DNA of 64,000 nucleotides from Minisyncoccota bacterium (GCA_028718635.1 JAQULK010000001.1:396818-460817), one strand, 5' to 3'; shown: positions 36,502 through 46,650, counted from the first letter of the stretch. The notes: generated from the letters alone by a model not told the origin. Translations and numbers: made by a program.

Positions 36502-38919
36502 ATGGCAGAACAGGAAGGACAAAGTTTTATAAAATGGTTCAATGAAGTGAATATTGATGATGTCGGAATTGTGGGAGGAAAGAATGCAGCTTTGGGAGAA
36601 ATGTTTTCTAATCTTGTACCGCTTGGTATAAAAATTCCTGACGGATTTGCTCTTACCGCGGATGCATATAGACATTTTTTTAAGGATACTGGGTTAGATG
36701 AAAAAATAAAAGAAATTTTAGCAGATCTTAATACTAAAGACCTTCGTAATCTTCAAAAGAGAGGAGAAAAAGTCCGCTCAGCTATTTTAAAAGCTAAGTT
36801 ACCACAAGACCTAAATGATGTAATTAAAGAGTATTACATAGAATTAGGAAATAAATACGGCAAGGATCCAGATGTGGCTGTGCGTTCCTCTGCTACTGCG
36901 GAGGATCTTCCCGGGGCATCTTTTGCCGGTCAGCAAGAAACTTTTTTAAACGTGCGTGGTATAAACAATGTTTTAGAAGCGACAAAAAAATGTATTGCCT
37001 CTCTTTTTACTGATAGAGCTATATCCTATCGCGCTGACAAAGGATTTTCACATTTTGATGTAGCGCTTTCGGTGGGTATTCAGTGTATGGTACGTTCCGA
37101 TCTCGCAGCTTCAGGCGTAGCTTTTACGATAGACACGGAAACAGGTTTTGATAAAGCAATAGTAATTACTAGTATTTATGGTCTGGGAGAATTTATAGTG
37201 CAAGGGAAAGTTATTCCTGATGAATATATAATTTTCAAACCTGCTCTTGATAATGAAAAAAAGTATCCTATTATTTCAAAAAGCATAGGCAAGAAAAATA
37301 TTAAACTTGTCTATTCCTCTAATGGAACCAAGGAAGAAAAAGTTTCCAAAGATGATCAACAAAAATTCTGCCTTACAGATGAAGAAGTAGTTAAGCTTGC
37401 AAAATGGTGTTATGAGATAGAAAAATATTTTTCAAAAAGACATGGACATTATCAGCCTATGGATATTGAGTGGGCAAAAGATGGAAAAACAGGAGAGCTT
37501 TACATAGTTCAGGCTCGTCCAGAGACTGTCGCTTCAGCCGTAGATAGAAAAATCTTGAAAGAATACAAACTTGAGAAAACTAGCAATGTTAGATTGAAAG
37601 GTATAGCTGTAGGTTCTAAGATTGGTGCAGGCAAAGTGAGGGTTTTAGATAATGCAAAAGACATTAATGCTTTTAAAGAAGGCGAAGTTTTAGTTACAGA
37701 GATTACGGATCCAGATTGGGAGCCTATTATGAAGATAGCTAGCGCTATTGTGACAGACGAAGGCGGACGCACGTCTCATGCGGCCATAGTCTCACGAGAG
37801 CTTGGGATTCCTTGTATAGTAGGTTCTAATAATGCTACGACATTGTTAAAGACAGGGGAGGAAGTGACTATTGACTGTTCTTCTGGAAATGTCGGCAATG
37901 TTTATGAAGGAATTTTGCCATTCAAAATAAACGAACATCATTTAGACAAAATACCTCAAATAGAGACAAAGATCATGATGAACATTGGTTCTCCCGATGA
38001 AGCATTTAAGAATTACAATCTTCCTGCGCAGGGTGTTGGTCTCGGGAGATTAGAATTTATAATCGCTTCTCACATCGGGGTACACCCAAATGTTTTGATT
38101 GATTATGATAAATTACAAAAAGAAAAGAAAACTCCTGAAATTCAAAAAGTTTTAAATAAGATTGACGAGCTTACGCCTTTATATAAAGACAAAAAACAAT
38201 ACTACGTGGACAATCTCGCTTTGGGTATCGCCAAGATCGGCGCTGCTTTTTATCCAAATAAAGTTATTATTCGTTTTTCTGATTTTAAGACGAATGAATA
38301 TCGCACCTTGCTTGGGGGAGAAATGTATGAACCCCATGAAGAGAACCCTATGATAGGTTGGCGCGGGGCATCTCGTTATTATGATCCAAAGTTTAAAGAA
38401 GCTTTTGGTCTTGAGTGTGTGGCTATGAAGCGGGTGCGGGAAGACATGGGTCTTACAAATGTTCTTCCTATGATTCCATTTTGCAGAACTCCAGAAGAAG
38501 GCAAACAAGTGATTGAAGAAATGAGAGTAAATGGTTTAGATCGAGCTAAAGATGAAACACTCAAAGTGTACGTCATGTGTGAAATTCCTTCAAATATTCT
38601 TTTGGCTGATGATTATCTGGAGATTTTTGATGGCATGTCGATTGGCTCAAACGACCTGACTCAGCTTACTCTTGGGCTCGATCGTGATTCTGGAATAGTC
38701 ACTCACATTGCAAATGAAAATAATGGAGCAGTGAAGAAACTTATTGCTGAAATCATCCATAAATGCAAAGAAAAAGGAAAGTACATAGGCATTTGCGGTC
38801 AAGCGCCTTCAGACTATCCTGATTTTGCTCAATTTCTCGTAGATGAAGGCATAGAGAGCATGTCGCTCAATCCTGATACCGTGATTAAAATAATCATGGC
38901 GCTTGGAGAAAAGAAATAA
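36502..38919 (+). CDS. ppsA: Phosphoenolpyruvate synthase
   Basis: GGKNA.LGE, VRSSATAED, GGRTSHAAIVSRE, GICGQAPSD. Confidence 0.97.
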   Translation: MAEQEGQSFIKWFNEVNIDDVGIVGGKNAALGEMFSNLVPLGIKIPDGFALTADAYRHFFKDTGLDEKIKEILADLNTKDLRNLQKRGEKVRSAILKAKLPQDLNDVIKEYYIELGNKYGKDPDVAVRSSATAEDLPGASFAGQQETFLNVRGINNVLEATKKCIASLFTDRAISYRADKGFSHFDVALSVGIQCMVRSDLAASGVAFTIDTETGFDKAIVITSIYGLGEFIVQGKVIPDEYIIFKPALDNEKKYPIISKSIGKKNIKLVYSSNGTKEEKVSKDDQQKFCLTDEEVVKLAKWCYEIEKYFSKRHGHYQPMDIEWAKDGKTGELYIVQARPETVASAVDRKILKEYKLEKTSNVRLKGIAVGSKIGAGKVRVLDNAKDINAFKEGEVLVTEITDPDWEPIMKIASAIVTDEGGRTSHAAIVSRELGIPCIVGSNNATTLLKTGEEVTIDCSSGNVGNVYEGILPFKINEHHLDKIPQIETKIMMNIGSPDEAFKNYNLPAQGVGLGRLEFIIASHIGVHPNVLIDYDKLQKEKKTPEIQKVLNKIDELTPLYKDKKQYYVDNLALGIAKIGAAFYPNKVIIRFSDFKTNEYRTLLGGEMYEPHEENPMIGWRGASRYYDPKFKEAFGLECVAMKRVREDMGLTNVLPMIPFCRTPEEGKQVIEEMRVNGLDRAKDETLKVYVMCEIPSNILLADDYLEIFDGMSIGSNDLTQLTLGLDRDSGIVTHIANENNGAVKKLIAEIIHKCKEKGKYIGICGQAPSDYPDFAQFLVDEGIESMSLNPDTVIKIIMALGEKK

Positions 38920-38922
38920 ATT

Positions 38923-38996
38923 TGGTGCGAGTAGGGGGAATCGAACCCCCGTCTAATCCTTGGGAAGGACTCATTCTACCACTAAACCATACTCGC
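38923..38996 (-). tRNA. tRNA-Gly(CCC), CCA encoded
   Basis: cloverleaf; anticodon arm agtcc-ttCCCaa-ggatt; ggttcgattcc. Confidence 0.93.
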
Positions 38997-39041
38997 ATAT
39001 TATGCTATAATAGCTTATTACAAATAATTTACAATATTTTT

Positions 39042-39275
39042 ATGCAAAATGTAACAATTTATTCTACCAATACGTGTCATTTTTGCCACATAGCAAAAGA
39101 TTTTTTTACGGCAAATGGAGTAGTTTTTACAGAATATAATGTAGGAACTGATCAAGAAAAAAGAAAGGAAATGATGGAAAAAAGCGGGCAAATGGGCGTG
39201 CCGGTTATTGTGATCGGGAATGAAATTATCGTGGGTTTTGATCAGTCAAGAATTTCCAAATTACTTGGACTTTAG
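39042..39275 (+). CDS. Glutaredoxin-like (NrdH/YruB) protein
   Basis: CHFC, GVPVI, GFD. Confidence 0.9.
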   Translation: MQNVTIYSTNTCHFCHIAKDFFTANGVVFTEYNVGTDQEKRKEMMEKSGQMGVPVIVIGNEIIVGFDQSRISKLLGL

Positions 39276-39303
39276 TCTATTTCTACTATATGATTGTTCT
39301 GTT

Positions 39304-39375
39304 GCCCTCGTAGTTCAATGGATAGAACAGTTCCGTCCTAAGGAATAGATGCACGTTCGATTCGTACCGAGGGCA
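39304..39375 (+). tRNA. tRNA-Arg(CCT)
   Basis: gccctcg/cgagggc acceptor; gttcc-gtCCTaa-ggaat. Confidence 0.9.
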
Positions 39376-39433
39376 CAAAAAAGAAAACCTTTTTTAAATT
39401 GGTATTTTTGAATTTTTATGTTAAATTATATCT

Positions 39434-39691
39434 ATGGATCCTGAATCCAAAAAGCTTTTAGAAGATACCCTTGTTCTTGCACAAGAGAACAATAAAATGC
39501 TTCATTCTGTAATGCGTTCCATGCGTCTTGCTCGCATAATGCGCATTATTTATTGGGTTATTATTATCGGTTCTGCTTTGGGTGCTTATTATTTCATCCA
39601 GCCATATATTGATCAATTAATTGGCGTATATAGTGGAGCAAAGAGTGATTTAGATAATGTCGGTTCCTTTTTGAACAAAATACCAAATTAA
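39434..39691 (+). CDS. Hypothetical membrane protein
   Basis: clean ORF, one TM helix. Confidence 0.65.
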   Translation: MDPESKKLLEDTLVLAQENNKMLHSVMRSMRLARIMRIIYWVIIIGSALGAYYFIQPYIDQLIGVYSGAKSDLDNVGSFLNKIPN

Positions 39692-39696
39692 ATATT

Positions 39697-39769
39697 GCCG
39701 AGGTAGCTCAGTGGTAGTAGCGCTTCCCTGAAGAGGAAGATGTCGGCGGTTCGAGCCCGCCCCTCGGCA
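39697..39769 (+). tRNA. tRNA-Phe(GAA)
   Basis: gccgagg/cctcggc acceptor; cttcc-ctGAAga-ggaag. Confidence 0.92.
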
Positions 39770-39783
39770 CAAAAAAAGTTTAC

Positions 39784-40269
39784 CTAGATTGATTTCACTT
39801 TGACGGTATTTTTCTTTTCTTTGTCTACTTTTTTAATTTTAATGGTGACTAATCCATGTCTCTCAGTTGCTTCCACTTCTTCTGGCTCCACTTCTAGGGG
39901 AAGCGATATGGTGCGGGAAAACTTTCCCCAATAAAGTTCTTTGGTGAAATAATTTTCATCGTCGATATTTCTATTTTCTTCACGCTTACCGGAAATGGTG
40001 ATAATATCTCGCGCAATTGATAATTCTAGATCTTCCGGCTTAACTCCGGCTATCATTGTTTGCACAACGATATCAGTCGGCGTTTGATAAACGTCGACTG
40101 ACAATTCCGCCTCTTCGTTTTCTTCTTCAATCCAATTGCTGTTTCTTTTGTCTCCGTTGTTTTCTTTTATGTTTTTCAACGAATAATTCTTTCTGTAGGT
40201 TATTTCTTCCTCTTCATTATTTACGCTTCCAGTTAATCTTTCAAAAAAACTTCTTTTTCTATTTTCCAT
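39784..40269 (-). CDS. Hsp20/alpha-crystallin small heat-shock protein
   Basis: VDVYQT, GVKPEDL, WGKFSRTISLP, GLVTI. Confidence 0.9.
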   Translation of the reverse strand: MENRKRSFFERLTGSVNNEEEEITYRKNYSLKNIKENNGDKRNSNWIEEENEEAELSVDVYQTPTDIVVQTMIAGVKPEDLELSIARDIITISGKREENRNIDDENYFTKELYWGKFSRTISLPLEVEPEEVEATERHGLVTIKIKKVDKEKKNTVKVKSI

Positions 40270-40284
40270 AATTTATTTTGTTAG

Positions 40285-40989
40285 TTAATAATTTTTGCTC
40301 ATTCTTCTTACTTTTTCAAAAAGTAACATTATTATAATTGTGACGACCCACAGAAAAGTTAAAACTTTCAAGGAATCATTTCCATCGTTTCTTATTATAA
40401 AAAAATTAAAGGCGGTATGCAAGGCAATAGCAATCAAAAAACCAACGAAAAGAGAAATATTTTTTTCCCATTTTTTTGCGTAAAAGGAAATTCCTATGGA
40501 AATACCCACAATTCCGCTTGAGATGGCATGAAGCAGATTGGCTCCAAGAAATCTTAAGTTGCCAGTACTCAGGCTCTGGGTGGTGCCGATCGATGCAGGG
40601 AAAATTTTGAGCAAAAATAACATATTTTCAAGAGCGGCAAAGCCCAAAGCTGCGGTAATGATATATATTGGCCAATCGATCGGCTTACTAGCATTGTTTG
40701 TTTTACACAGGATTATCAATACCGCCAAATATTTCAAAATTTCTTCTACACTTGCCCACAATATAAGTTTACCTTCATATGAACCCACATTGTCTTGGAT
40801 AAATTTTTGAATAGGCAAAACCAATATAACCGCTATCATGCCCATAATAAATATTATGGTGACTAATCCTTTAGGTTCAGGATGCTCTTCATCTTCTTTT
40901 AGCCAAAACCAAAGCCATAAAAGAGAGGGGATGATCCCGCCAAAGAATGCTATCAGCAAAGTTTTGGGATCGATTGTTAAGATGGCCAT
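40285..40989 (-). CDS. PrsW-family intramembrane metalloprotease
   Basis: EE..KY, LGFAALEN, HA..SG, LH..FN. Confidence 0.88.
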   Translation of the reverse strand: MAILTIDPKTLLIAFFGGIIPSLLWLWFWLKEDEEHPEPKGLVTIIFIMGMIAVILVLPIQKFIQDNVGSYEGKLILWASVEEILKYLAVLIILCKTNNASKPIDWPIYIITAALGFAALENMLFLLKIFPASIGTTQSLSTGNLRFLGANLLHAISSGIVGISIGISFYAKKWEKNISLFVGFLIAIALHTAFNFFIIRNDGNDSLKVLTFLWVVTIIIMLLFEKVRRMSKNY

Positions 40990-43169
40990 TGTCCAATCAT
41001 TAAAAGTCCCGACCTATGTCGGGATCCCGACTCTGGTCGGGAATTTATAATTTGCCAAATTTCTTCTGTGACGAAAGGCATAAAAGGATGAAGTATTTTT
41101 AAACAATCTTTCCAGATTGAGGCTAAAGCAATTCTTCTTTCATCCGCTTTTTCACCGTTCGTTTTGAGAATCTCTTTTGTTTCCTCAATAATCTGATCAG
41201 CAAACCTGTGCCAAATATATTGGTATATTTTTTCTGACGCCAAATGGAAACGATAATTTTCCATATCAGTCGTTATATCTTCTTTGATTTCTTTAAACTC
41301 TTTTGTTAGTTTATTTTCTATAGTTTTTCCAAAGTTGTTTTCATCCACATTGTCTAAAATAAAACGGGTAATGTTCCAAATTTTATTTGCAAAATTTTTG
41401 TAGCCTTTTATTTTGTCCTCTGAAATTTTACTATCTGTGCCAGGCGCAGTGCCCACGATGAGCGCCATTCGTCCAGCATCGGCTCCGAATTTTTCCGCTA
41501 TATCAATAGGATCAAGCCCGTTATTTAGGGATTTAGACATCTTTCTTCCTTTTGCGTCCCGAACAGTTCCATGAAGGAATATATTTTTGAAAGGGACTTC
41601 ACCCAAAGCATATTCTGACATTAATACCATTCTCGCCACCCAAAAGAAAAGAATATCATAACCAGTTTCTAGGACGTCTGTGGGGTGATAGGTTTTTAGG
41701 TCTCCTGTTTTTTCGGGTTTACCCGCCGTAGTGGAAACGGAGGCGGGCCAGCCTAGAGTGGAAAAAGTCCAAAGTCCGGAAGAAAACCAAGTATCTAAGG
41801 TATCCTCATCTTGTTTCCAATTTTCACCAACAGGAGCTTTTGTGTCGCAATAAACTCCACCTTTACTGTCGTACCAAACTGGAATCCTGTGTCCATACCA
41901 AATTTGCCTTGAAATGCACCAATCGCGTAAATTTTCTATCCAGTGAAAATATGTTTTAGAAAAATAATCCGGAATAATTTTTATTTCTCCCTTGGAGAAT
42001 GGCTCACGCATCAAATCCTTGAGAGTTTTATTACCGCGTTCTTTTATAGGCTTATTTACGTTTATAAACCATTGCAATTTAGGAAGTGGTTCTATTGTTC
42101 CGCCAGTACGTTCAGCGGTAGCGATATTTTGTTTTATTTCTTCTTCTTTTTCTAGTAGATTTTGGGAGCGAAGCCATTCTACAATAATTTTTCTTGCTTC
42201 CGTTGTCTTTTTGCCTAGTAAACTTTCTCCGCCAATAGACATTTTGGCATATTCATTTATGACTTGCGGGCGAGGTAAGTCATGTCTGTCAGCCATTTCC
42301 CAGTCAATCATAGAATGGGCTGGAGTGACTCCAAGTGCTCCGGTGCCAAACTCTGGATCAACTTCTTTGTCAGCTATTATTTTAATATGAATTGGTACTT
42401 CACAAAACTTTAAATCATATTCTTTTCCAATAAATTTCTCATATCTTTTATCGTCAGGATGCACCGCTACAGCGGTGTCGCCGATCTTTGTTTCAGGTCT
42501 GGTGGTTGAAATTGCAATGGGAAATTCGTGGGAATACTTAAAAGTATAAAGCTTCGCTTCGCGTTCCTCATAAACTATTTCATCATCAGAAATTGTGGTT
42601 TGGCCTTTTGGGTCCCAATTTACTATTCTATTACCACGATAGATAAGTTCATCGTCATACATTTTCTTGAATATCGTGTTTACAGCAAGATTTCTTTTAT
42701 CATCTAAAGTAAAAGCTTCACGAGACCAGTCACATGAGGCGCCCATCGTTCTCATCTGCGATGTCATAATATCTCTATTTTTTTCTACAAATTCATCAAT
42801 GCGTTTTAGCAACTTTTCTCTCCCCAAATCATGCCTGGAAAGACCTTCCTTTTTTTGAATTTCTTTTTCAACTTTTGATTGGGTAGCAATGGAGGCATGA
42901 TCTGTTCCGGGCAACCAAAGCGTTTTATATCCTCGCATACGCTTGTAACGAATCATAATGTCTTCGAGCGTTAAAAAAAGGGCATGCCCCATGTGCAAAG
43001 TGCCGGTAGCGTTTGGCGGAGGCATCATGATAGTGAAAGCTTCTTTTTGCTGTCCGTCTTCCTTGCCAGGCAGATTGTCTGGGTTAAAAAAACCGCTTTC
43101 TTCCCAAAGTTTGTAAATTCTTTTTTCTGTATTTTTGGGGTCGTACGGCTTGAGTAACTTTTCGTTCAT
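40977..43169 (-). CDS. valS: Valine-tRNA ligase (short form without C-terminal coiled coil)
   Basis: PPPNATGTLHMGH, DWCISRQIWYGH, KMSKS. Confidence 0.96.
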   Translation of the reverse strand: MNEKLLKPYDPKNTEKRIYKLWEESGFFNPDNLPGKEDGQQKEAFTIMMPPPNATGTLHMGHALFLTLEDIMIRYKRMRGYKTLWLPGTDHASIATQSKVEKEIQKKEGLSRHDLGREKLLKRIDEFVEKNRDIMTSQMRTMGASCDWSREAFTLDDKRNLAVNTIFKKMYDDELIYRGNRIVNWDPKGQTTISDDEIVYEEREAKLYTFKYSHEFPIAISTTRPETKIGDTAVAVHPDDKRYEKFIGKEYDLKFCEVPIHIKIIADKEVDPEFGTGALGVTPAHSMIDWEMADRHDLPRPQVINEYAKMSIGGESLLGKKTTEARKIIVEWLRSQNLLEKEEEIKQNIATAERTGGTIEPLPKLQWFINVNKPIKERGNKTLKDLMREPFSKGEIKIIPDYFSKTYFHWIENLRDWCISRQIWYGHRIPVWYDSKGGVYCDTKAPVGENWKQDEDTLDTWFSSGLWTFSTLGWPASVSTTAGKPEKTGDLKTYHPTDVLETGYDILFFWVARMVLMSEYALGEVPFKNIFLHGTVRDAKGRKMSKSLNNGLDPIDIAEKFGADAGRMALIVGTAPGTDSKISEDKIKGYKNFANKIWNITRFILDNVDENNFGKTIENKLTKEFKEIKEDITTDMENYRFHLASEKIYQYIWHRFADQIIEETKEILKTNGEKADERRIALASIWKDCLKILHPFMPFVTEEIWQIINSRPESGSRHRSGLLMIGQWPS
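41007..41042. repeat. Two tandem 18-bp TCCCGA...TCGGGA hairpins in frame in valS
   Basis: tcccgacctatgtcggga tcccgactctggtcggga. Confidence 0.75.
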
Positions 43170-43207
43170 AGTTAGATAATATCACATTTATCTTGACTCG
43201 AGAAGGA

Positions 43208-44422
43208 TTAGAGCCTTAAATCACCAATTGCTTTTATGCTATCTAATTTAGGAACTTTCTTTTTATTTTTTATATAATTTAAGTACCCAGCAATCCCGAT
43301 CATTATGGAATTATCTCCAATAAGTCCTTTTGGTGGAAACATAAACTTGATTTTACTTTTAGTAATTTTCTTTATTTCATCTTGCAAATATTTATTTGCT
43401 GCAACCCCTCCGGCAACAATGAGAGTTTTTATATCGTATTTTTCTAAAGCTTTTTTTGTTTTATAGGTTAGACATTCGATGGCGGCGTTCTCAAATTCCA
43501 AAGCAATTTGTTTTTTTGTATTCTGATCGATTTTCTCAATTCCGCCTAGGTCTCTTATTAAATATAAAACTGCCGTTTTAAGACCAGAAAAAGAAAAATT
43601 AAAATCTTTTGTATGCAGCATCGGGCGGGGGAGGGAGAAAGAAAGAGAATCAATCTTTATAGTGTCGCGCGAGAGAGAGAAGCGAGAAACTTGTGCGGAC
43701 TCAGCACGCATAATTTTCTGCTGAAAATTTGCTATGCTCGGCTCGACAGCCTGCGCAATGCTTCCCTCGCACAAGTTTCTCGCTTCTCCAGCTAATTTTG
43801 AAATTTGTGGCCCTCCAGGGTAAGGCAGATCAAGCATTCTGGCTACTTTATCAAAAGCTTCTCCGACTGCATCATCAAGCGTTTTGCCAATGATTTCATA
43901 ATCCATCCACTTTTTCGAAAGTACTAATTGCGTATGTCCGCCAGACACTAGAAGCGTTAGGATTGGTGTTTCCACTTTTTTTATTTTAAAAGTTCCTTTT
44001 TCTTTTCCAAAAACGGAAAGAACATGTCCTTCCATATGATTGACCGGTATCAAGGGCACTTTCCATTTTTGGGCGAGTTCTTTGGCAAAGGCGATTCCGG
44101 TCCAAAGAGACATCTCAAGACCTGGACCATAAGTTATCATTATCGCGTCTATTGGCTTTTTCTTTTTATCTAATTTGGCTTGTTTAAGACAAAGCTCAAG
44201 TAAAATAGGTAGATTCTTGATATGTTCTTGTTTAGCGAGTTTTGGGAAAACACCTCCAAAAGGAATGTGAATATTTATTTGAGAATTTGAATTATTCGCC
44301 AACACTTTAAAGGAAGCATTTGTAATGCCTCCTTTCTTGCCCGCCTTCGGCGGGTGAACTTCCATAATACTTATTGCTGTATCATCGCAAGATGTTTCGA
44401 TGCTTAAGATTTTCATTGTCAT
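43208..44422 (-). CDS. tsaD: tRNA threonylcarbamoyltransferase TsaD with ~40-aa repeat-derived insert
   Basis: IETSCDDT, HMEGH, LVSGGHT, DDAVGEAFDK, FSFSGLKT. Confidence 0.95.
   Translation of the reverse strand: MTMKILSIETSCDDTAISIMEVHPPKAGKKGGITNASFKVLANNSNSQINIHIPFGGVFPKLAKQEHIKNLPILLELCLKQAKLDKKKKPIDAIMITYGPGLEMSLWTGIAFAKELAQKWKVPLIPVNHMEGHVLSVFGKEKGTFKIKKVETPILTLLVSGGHTQLVLSKKWMDYEIIGKTLDDAVGEAFDKVARMLDLPYPGGPQISKLAGEARNLCEGSIAQAVEPSIANFQQKIMRAESAQVSRFSLSRDTIKIDSLSFSLPRPMLHTKDFNFSFSGLKTAVLYLIRDLGGIEKIDQNTKKQIALEFENAAIECLTYKTKKALEKYDIKTLIVAGGVAANKYLQDEIKKITKSKIKFMFPPKGLIGDNSIMIGIAGYLNYIKNKKKVPKLDSIKAIGDLRL
43677..43788 (+). repeat. Hairpin element family C, in frame within tsaD
   Basis: 21-bp perfect ends gagaagcgagaaacttgtgcg/cgcacaagtttctcgcttctc; core shared with 28173-28302. 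Confidence 0.85.
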
Positions 44423-44429
44423 ATTCTTG

Positions 44430-44501
44430 TGCGCGATGAGGGGATTGAACCCCCGGCCTACCCCACGTCAAGGGGTCGCTCTACCACTGAGCTAATCGCG
44501 C
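44430..44501 (-). tRNA. tRNA-Val(GAC)
   Basis: acccc-ttGACgt-ggggt; ggttcaatcc. Confidence 0.92.
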
Positions 44502-44510
44502 ATTTAGACA

Positions 44511-45266
44511 CTATACTACCAATTTCTCTAATGTTTCAAGTTCTTCTTTTGAATTTACACCTAAAGCTTCACGTGGATCTATGTTTATAGATTGTATTTG
44601 ATTTTTTTCTTTCATGGCTATTTTTACTAAATCAGTCAAATAATATTCTTTTTGAGCGTTGTTGGTATTTAATTTTTTAAGATTCTCCCAAAGCCATTTT
44701 GCTTCAAAACAAAAATAACAAGGATTTAACTCCTTTATATTTTTTTCTTCGTCATTAGTATCTTTGAATTGTACATCTTTTACAATGTATCCATTTAGAT
44801 CTCGAATTATGCGAGAAAAATTTTTATAAAATACAGTCCTCCAATCATTAAAATCTTGAACGATAAAAGTGGCCATGGTTATTTTTTTATTAGAAGCTAA
44901 GTGTGTATCTTTTAATTTCTTTATTGTTTCAGGGCTAACAAGTGGGTGATCTCCATAAAGAACCATTATGTGGTCTGCATTATTTTCAAGTATTTTTTGG
45001 GTATTTATTACTGCATGTCCTGTGCCGAGTTGTTCTTCCTGAACCACATAATCATAATTTTTACCAAGGGCTTCCATTACTTTTTCTTTGCCATAGCCGA
45101 CGACAATGATAGGTTTGTCGCTTATTCCAGATTTTTCAATAGATTCGAGCAAATACTCGATCATTATTTTACCCCTTATGGTTTCTAGAACCTTGGGCAA
45201 ATCACTCTGCATCCTTTTACCTTTACCGGCAGCCAAGATTATTATTTTTATTTTATTTTCGCTCAT
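44511..45266 (-). CDS. GlmU-like N-terminal uridyltransferase domain only
   Basis: ILAAGKGKRM.SDLPK, QLGTGHA, YGDHP, EYYLTD; no hexapeptide domain. Confidence 0.85.
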   Translation of the reverse strand: MSENKIKIIILAAGKGKRMQSDLPKVLETIRGKIMIEYLLESIEKSGISDKPIIVVGYGKEKVMEALGKNYDYVVQEEQLGTGHAVINTQKILENNADHIMVLYGDHPLVSPETIKKLKDTHLASNKKITMATFIVQDFNDWRTVFYKNFSRIIRDLNGYIVKDVQFKDTNDEEKNIKELNPCYFCFEAKWLWENLKKLNTNNAQKEYYLTDLVKIAMKEKNQIQSINIDPREALGVNSKEELETLEKLVV

Positions 45267-45270
45267 ACTG

Positions 45271-45342
45271 TGACCCTACCGGGAGTCGGACCCGGATTTA
45301 GTGCTTGAAAAGCACTCGTCCTAACCGTTAGACGATAGGGCC
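45271..45342 (-). tRNA. tRNA-Glu(TTC)
   Basis: agtgc-ttTTCaa-gcact; T-loop tccgact. Confidence 0.9.
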
Positions 45343-45416
45343 TTCTTGTTGCTTAAAAACATTAGTATCATAACATTTTTTGAAAAAACTGCAAAAAATG
45401 CTAGATTATCAAACGA

Positions 45417-45498
45417 GGAGGGTTCGCCTAATGGTATGGCACTGGTTTCGAAAACCAGCGGGAGCAATCCCTTACAGGTTCAAGTCCTGTACCCTCCG
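45417..45498 (+). tRNA. tRNA-Ser(CGA)
   Basis: ctggt-ttCGAaa-accag; long variable arm gggagcaatccc. Confidence 0.9.
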
Positions 45499-45540
45499 CA
45501 AATACTTTTCTACTTGTGCAACATCCGATGTTGCACAAGT

Positions 45541-46512
45541 TTATTTTGCTTTTAGAGTAATATAGATATCTTCTATGGCGCGGACGGCATCGCCGGCTGC
45601 GATGAGGTTTTGATGATAGTGAATATTAGTGCAGTCCCCAGCAGCCCAAATTCCAAGGACTTCTGTTTTTTGGGACCAAGCATCTATTTTTACTTTACCT
45701 ATTTCATCTAAAGGAACCAAATCTTTTACAAAGTCAGTATTTGGAATCTGTCCGATTTCTACGAAAATGCCTGCTACTTTTAATTCTTTTTGTTCTCCGG
45801 AAATTTTATCCTTATAAATTATTCCTTCTACAAATTTATCGCCCTGTATTTCTAAAATATCAGCATTTTTTATTATTTTTATTTTTGGATTTTTTAAAAT
45901 TTTATCAATTGTAGTTTGGTCAGCGCGAAAAGAGTCGCTTCTGATTATAAGCGTGACAGATTTACAATATGCTAAAAGCTGGGAGGCTGATCCGAAAGCG
46001 GCATTACCTCCGCCGATCACAGCCACATCCATGTCTGCAAAAAGTGGACCATCACAACTGGCGCAGTAGGTAAGGCCTTTGTGCTCTAAAGTATCTGCAT
46101 TCTTAGCGGTGAGTTTTCTGTGTCCACTGCCGCTCCCTATTAAAATTGTTTTAGTTTCAAATTCCTTTCCAGATTCTGTTTTTACAGAAAAAAAGGAAGC
46201 AAGGCTTCCTTCAGCTCTTCCTTCAGCTGAAGGAAGCCTTGCTTCCTTTTTTTTAATTGCTGTTACTTTTTCGCCTTCTTTTACTTCTAGACTTTCTCCC
46301 ACATTTTCTAAAACATGTTTTTTAAAATTTTCTGCAAGTTGTGCTCCGGAGATAGCAGGGGATCCTATCCAATTTTTAATTTCTTCTGAAGCTATGCTCT
46401 GCCCACCCCACTCTGAAATAACAAAAAGTGTCTTCAGTTTCTTTCGAGCTGCGTAAACAGCCGCTGCGCTCCCAGCCGGCCCACCTCCAATAATTATTAG
46501 ATCGTAAATCAT
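45541..46512 (-). CDS. Thioredoxin reductase/AhpF-like disulfide reductase
   Basis: GGGPAG, YCASCDG, GGGNAA, AAGD. Confidence 0.9.
   Translation of the reverse strand: MIYDLIIIGGGPAGSAAAVYAARKKLKTLFVISEWGGQSIASEEIKNWIGSPAISGAQLAENFKKHVLENVGESLEVKEGEKVTAIKKKEARLPSAEGRAEGSLASFFSVKTESGKEFETKTILIGSGSGHRKLTAKNADTLEHKGLTYCASCDGPLFADMDVAVIGGGNAAFGSASQLLAYCKSVTLIIRSDSFRADQTTIDKILKNPKIKIIKNADILEIQGDKFVEGIIYKDKISGEQKELKVAGIFVEIGQIPNTDFVKDLVPLDEIGKVKIDAWSQKTEVLGIWAAGDCTNIHYHQNLIAAGDAVRAIEDIYITLKAK
46188..46254. repeat. In-frame palindrome in the disulfide reductase gene
   Basis: aaggaagcaaggcttccttcagct-cttccttc-agctgaaggaagccttgcttcctt, read as KEARLPSAEGRAEGSLASF. Confidence 0.8.
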
Positions 46513-46531
46513 TTGCATATTATACATCATG

Positions 46532-46650
46532 AATAGGAATTTCAAAATAAACTTTTGCAGGGGTTTTCCGAGCGACGGCGAGGAAACTTCAGGAATTTTT
46601 AAGCTTAAAAAATTCCGTACCGGAAAAAGTTTAATTTTGGAATTCCTATT
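46532..46650 (-). repeat. Hairpin element family A, copy 3 (reverse orientation)
   Basis: aggggttt..aacttcaggaattttt..aaaaattccgtacc; outer stem aataggaatt/aattcctatt. Confidence 0.8.

Noticed and set aside
38922-39041. N-terminal extension of the glutaredoxin ORF (likewise ORFs at 45346, 45380, 59829)
   Set aside because: They overlap tRNA genes; the real start is ATG 39042.
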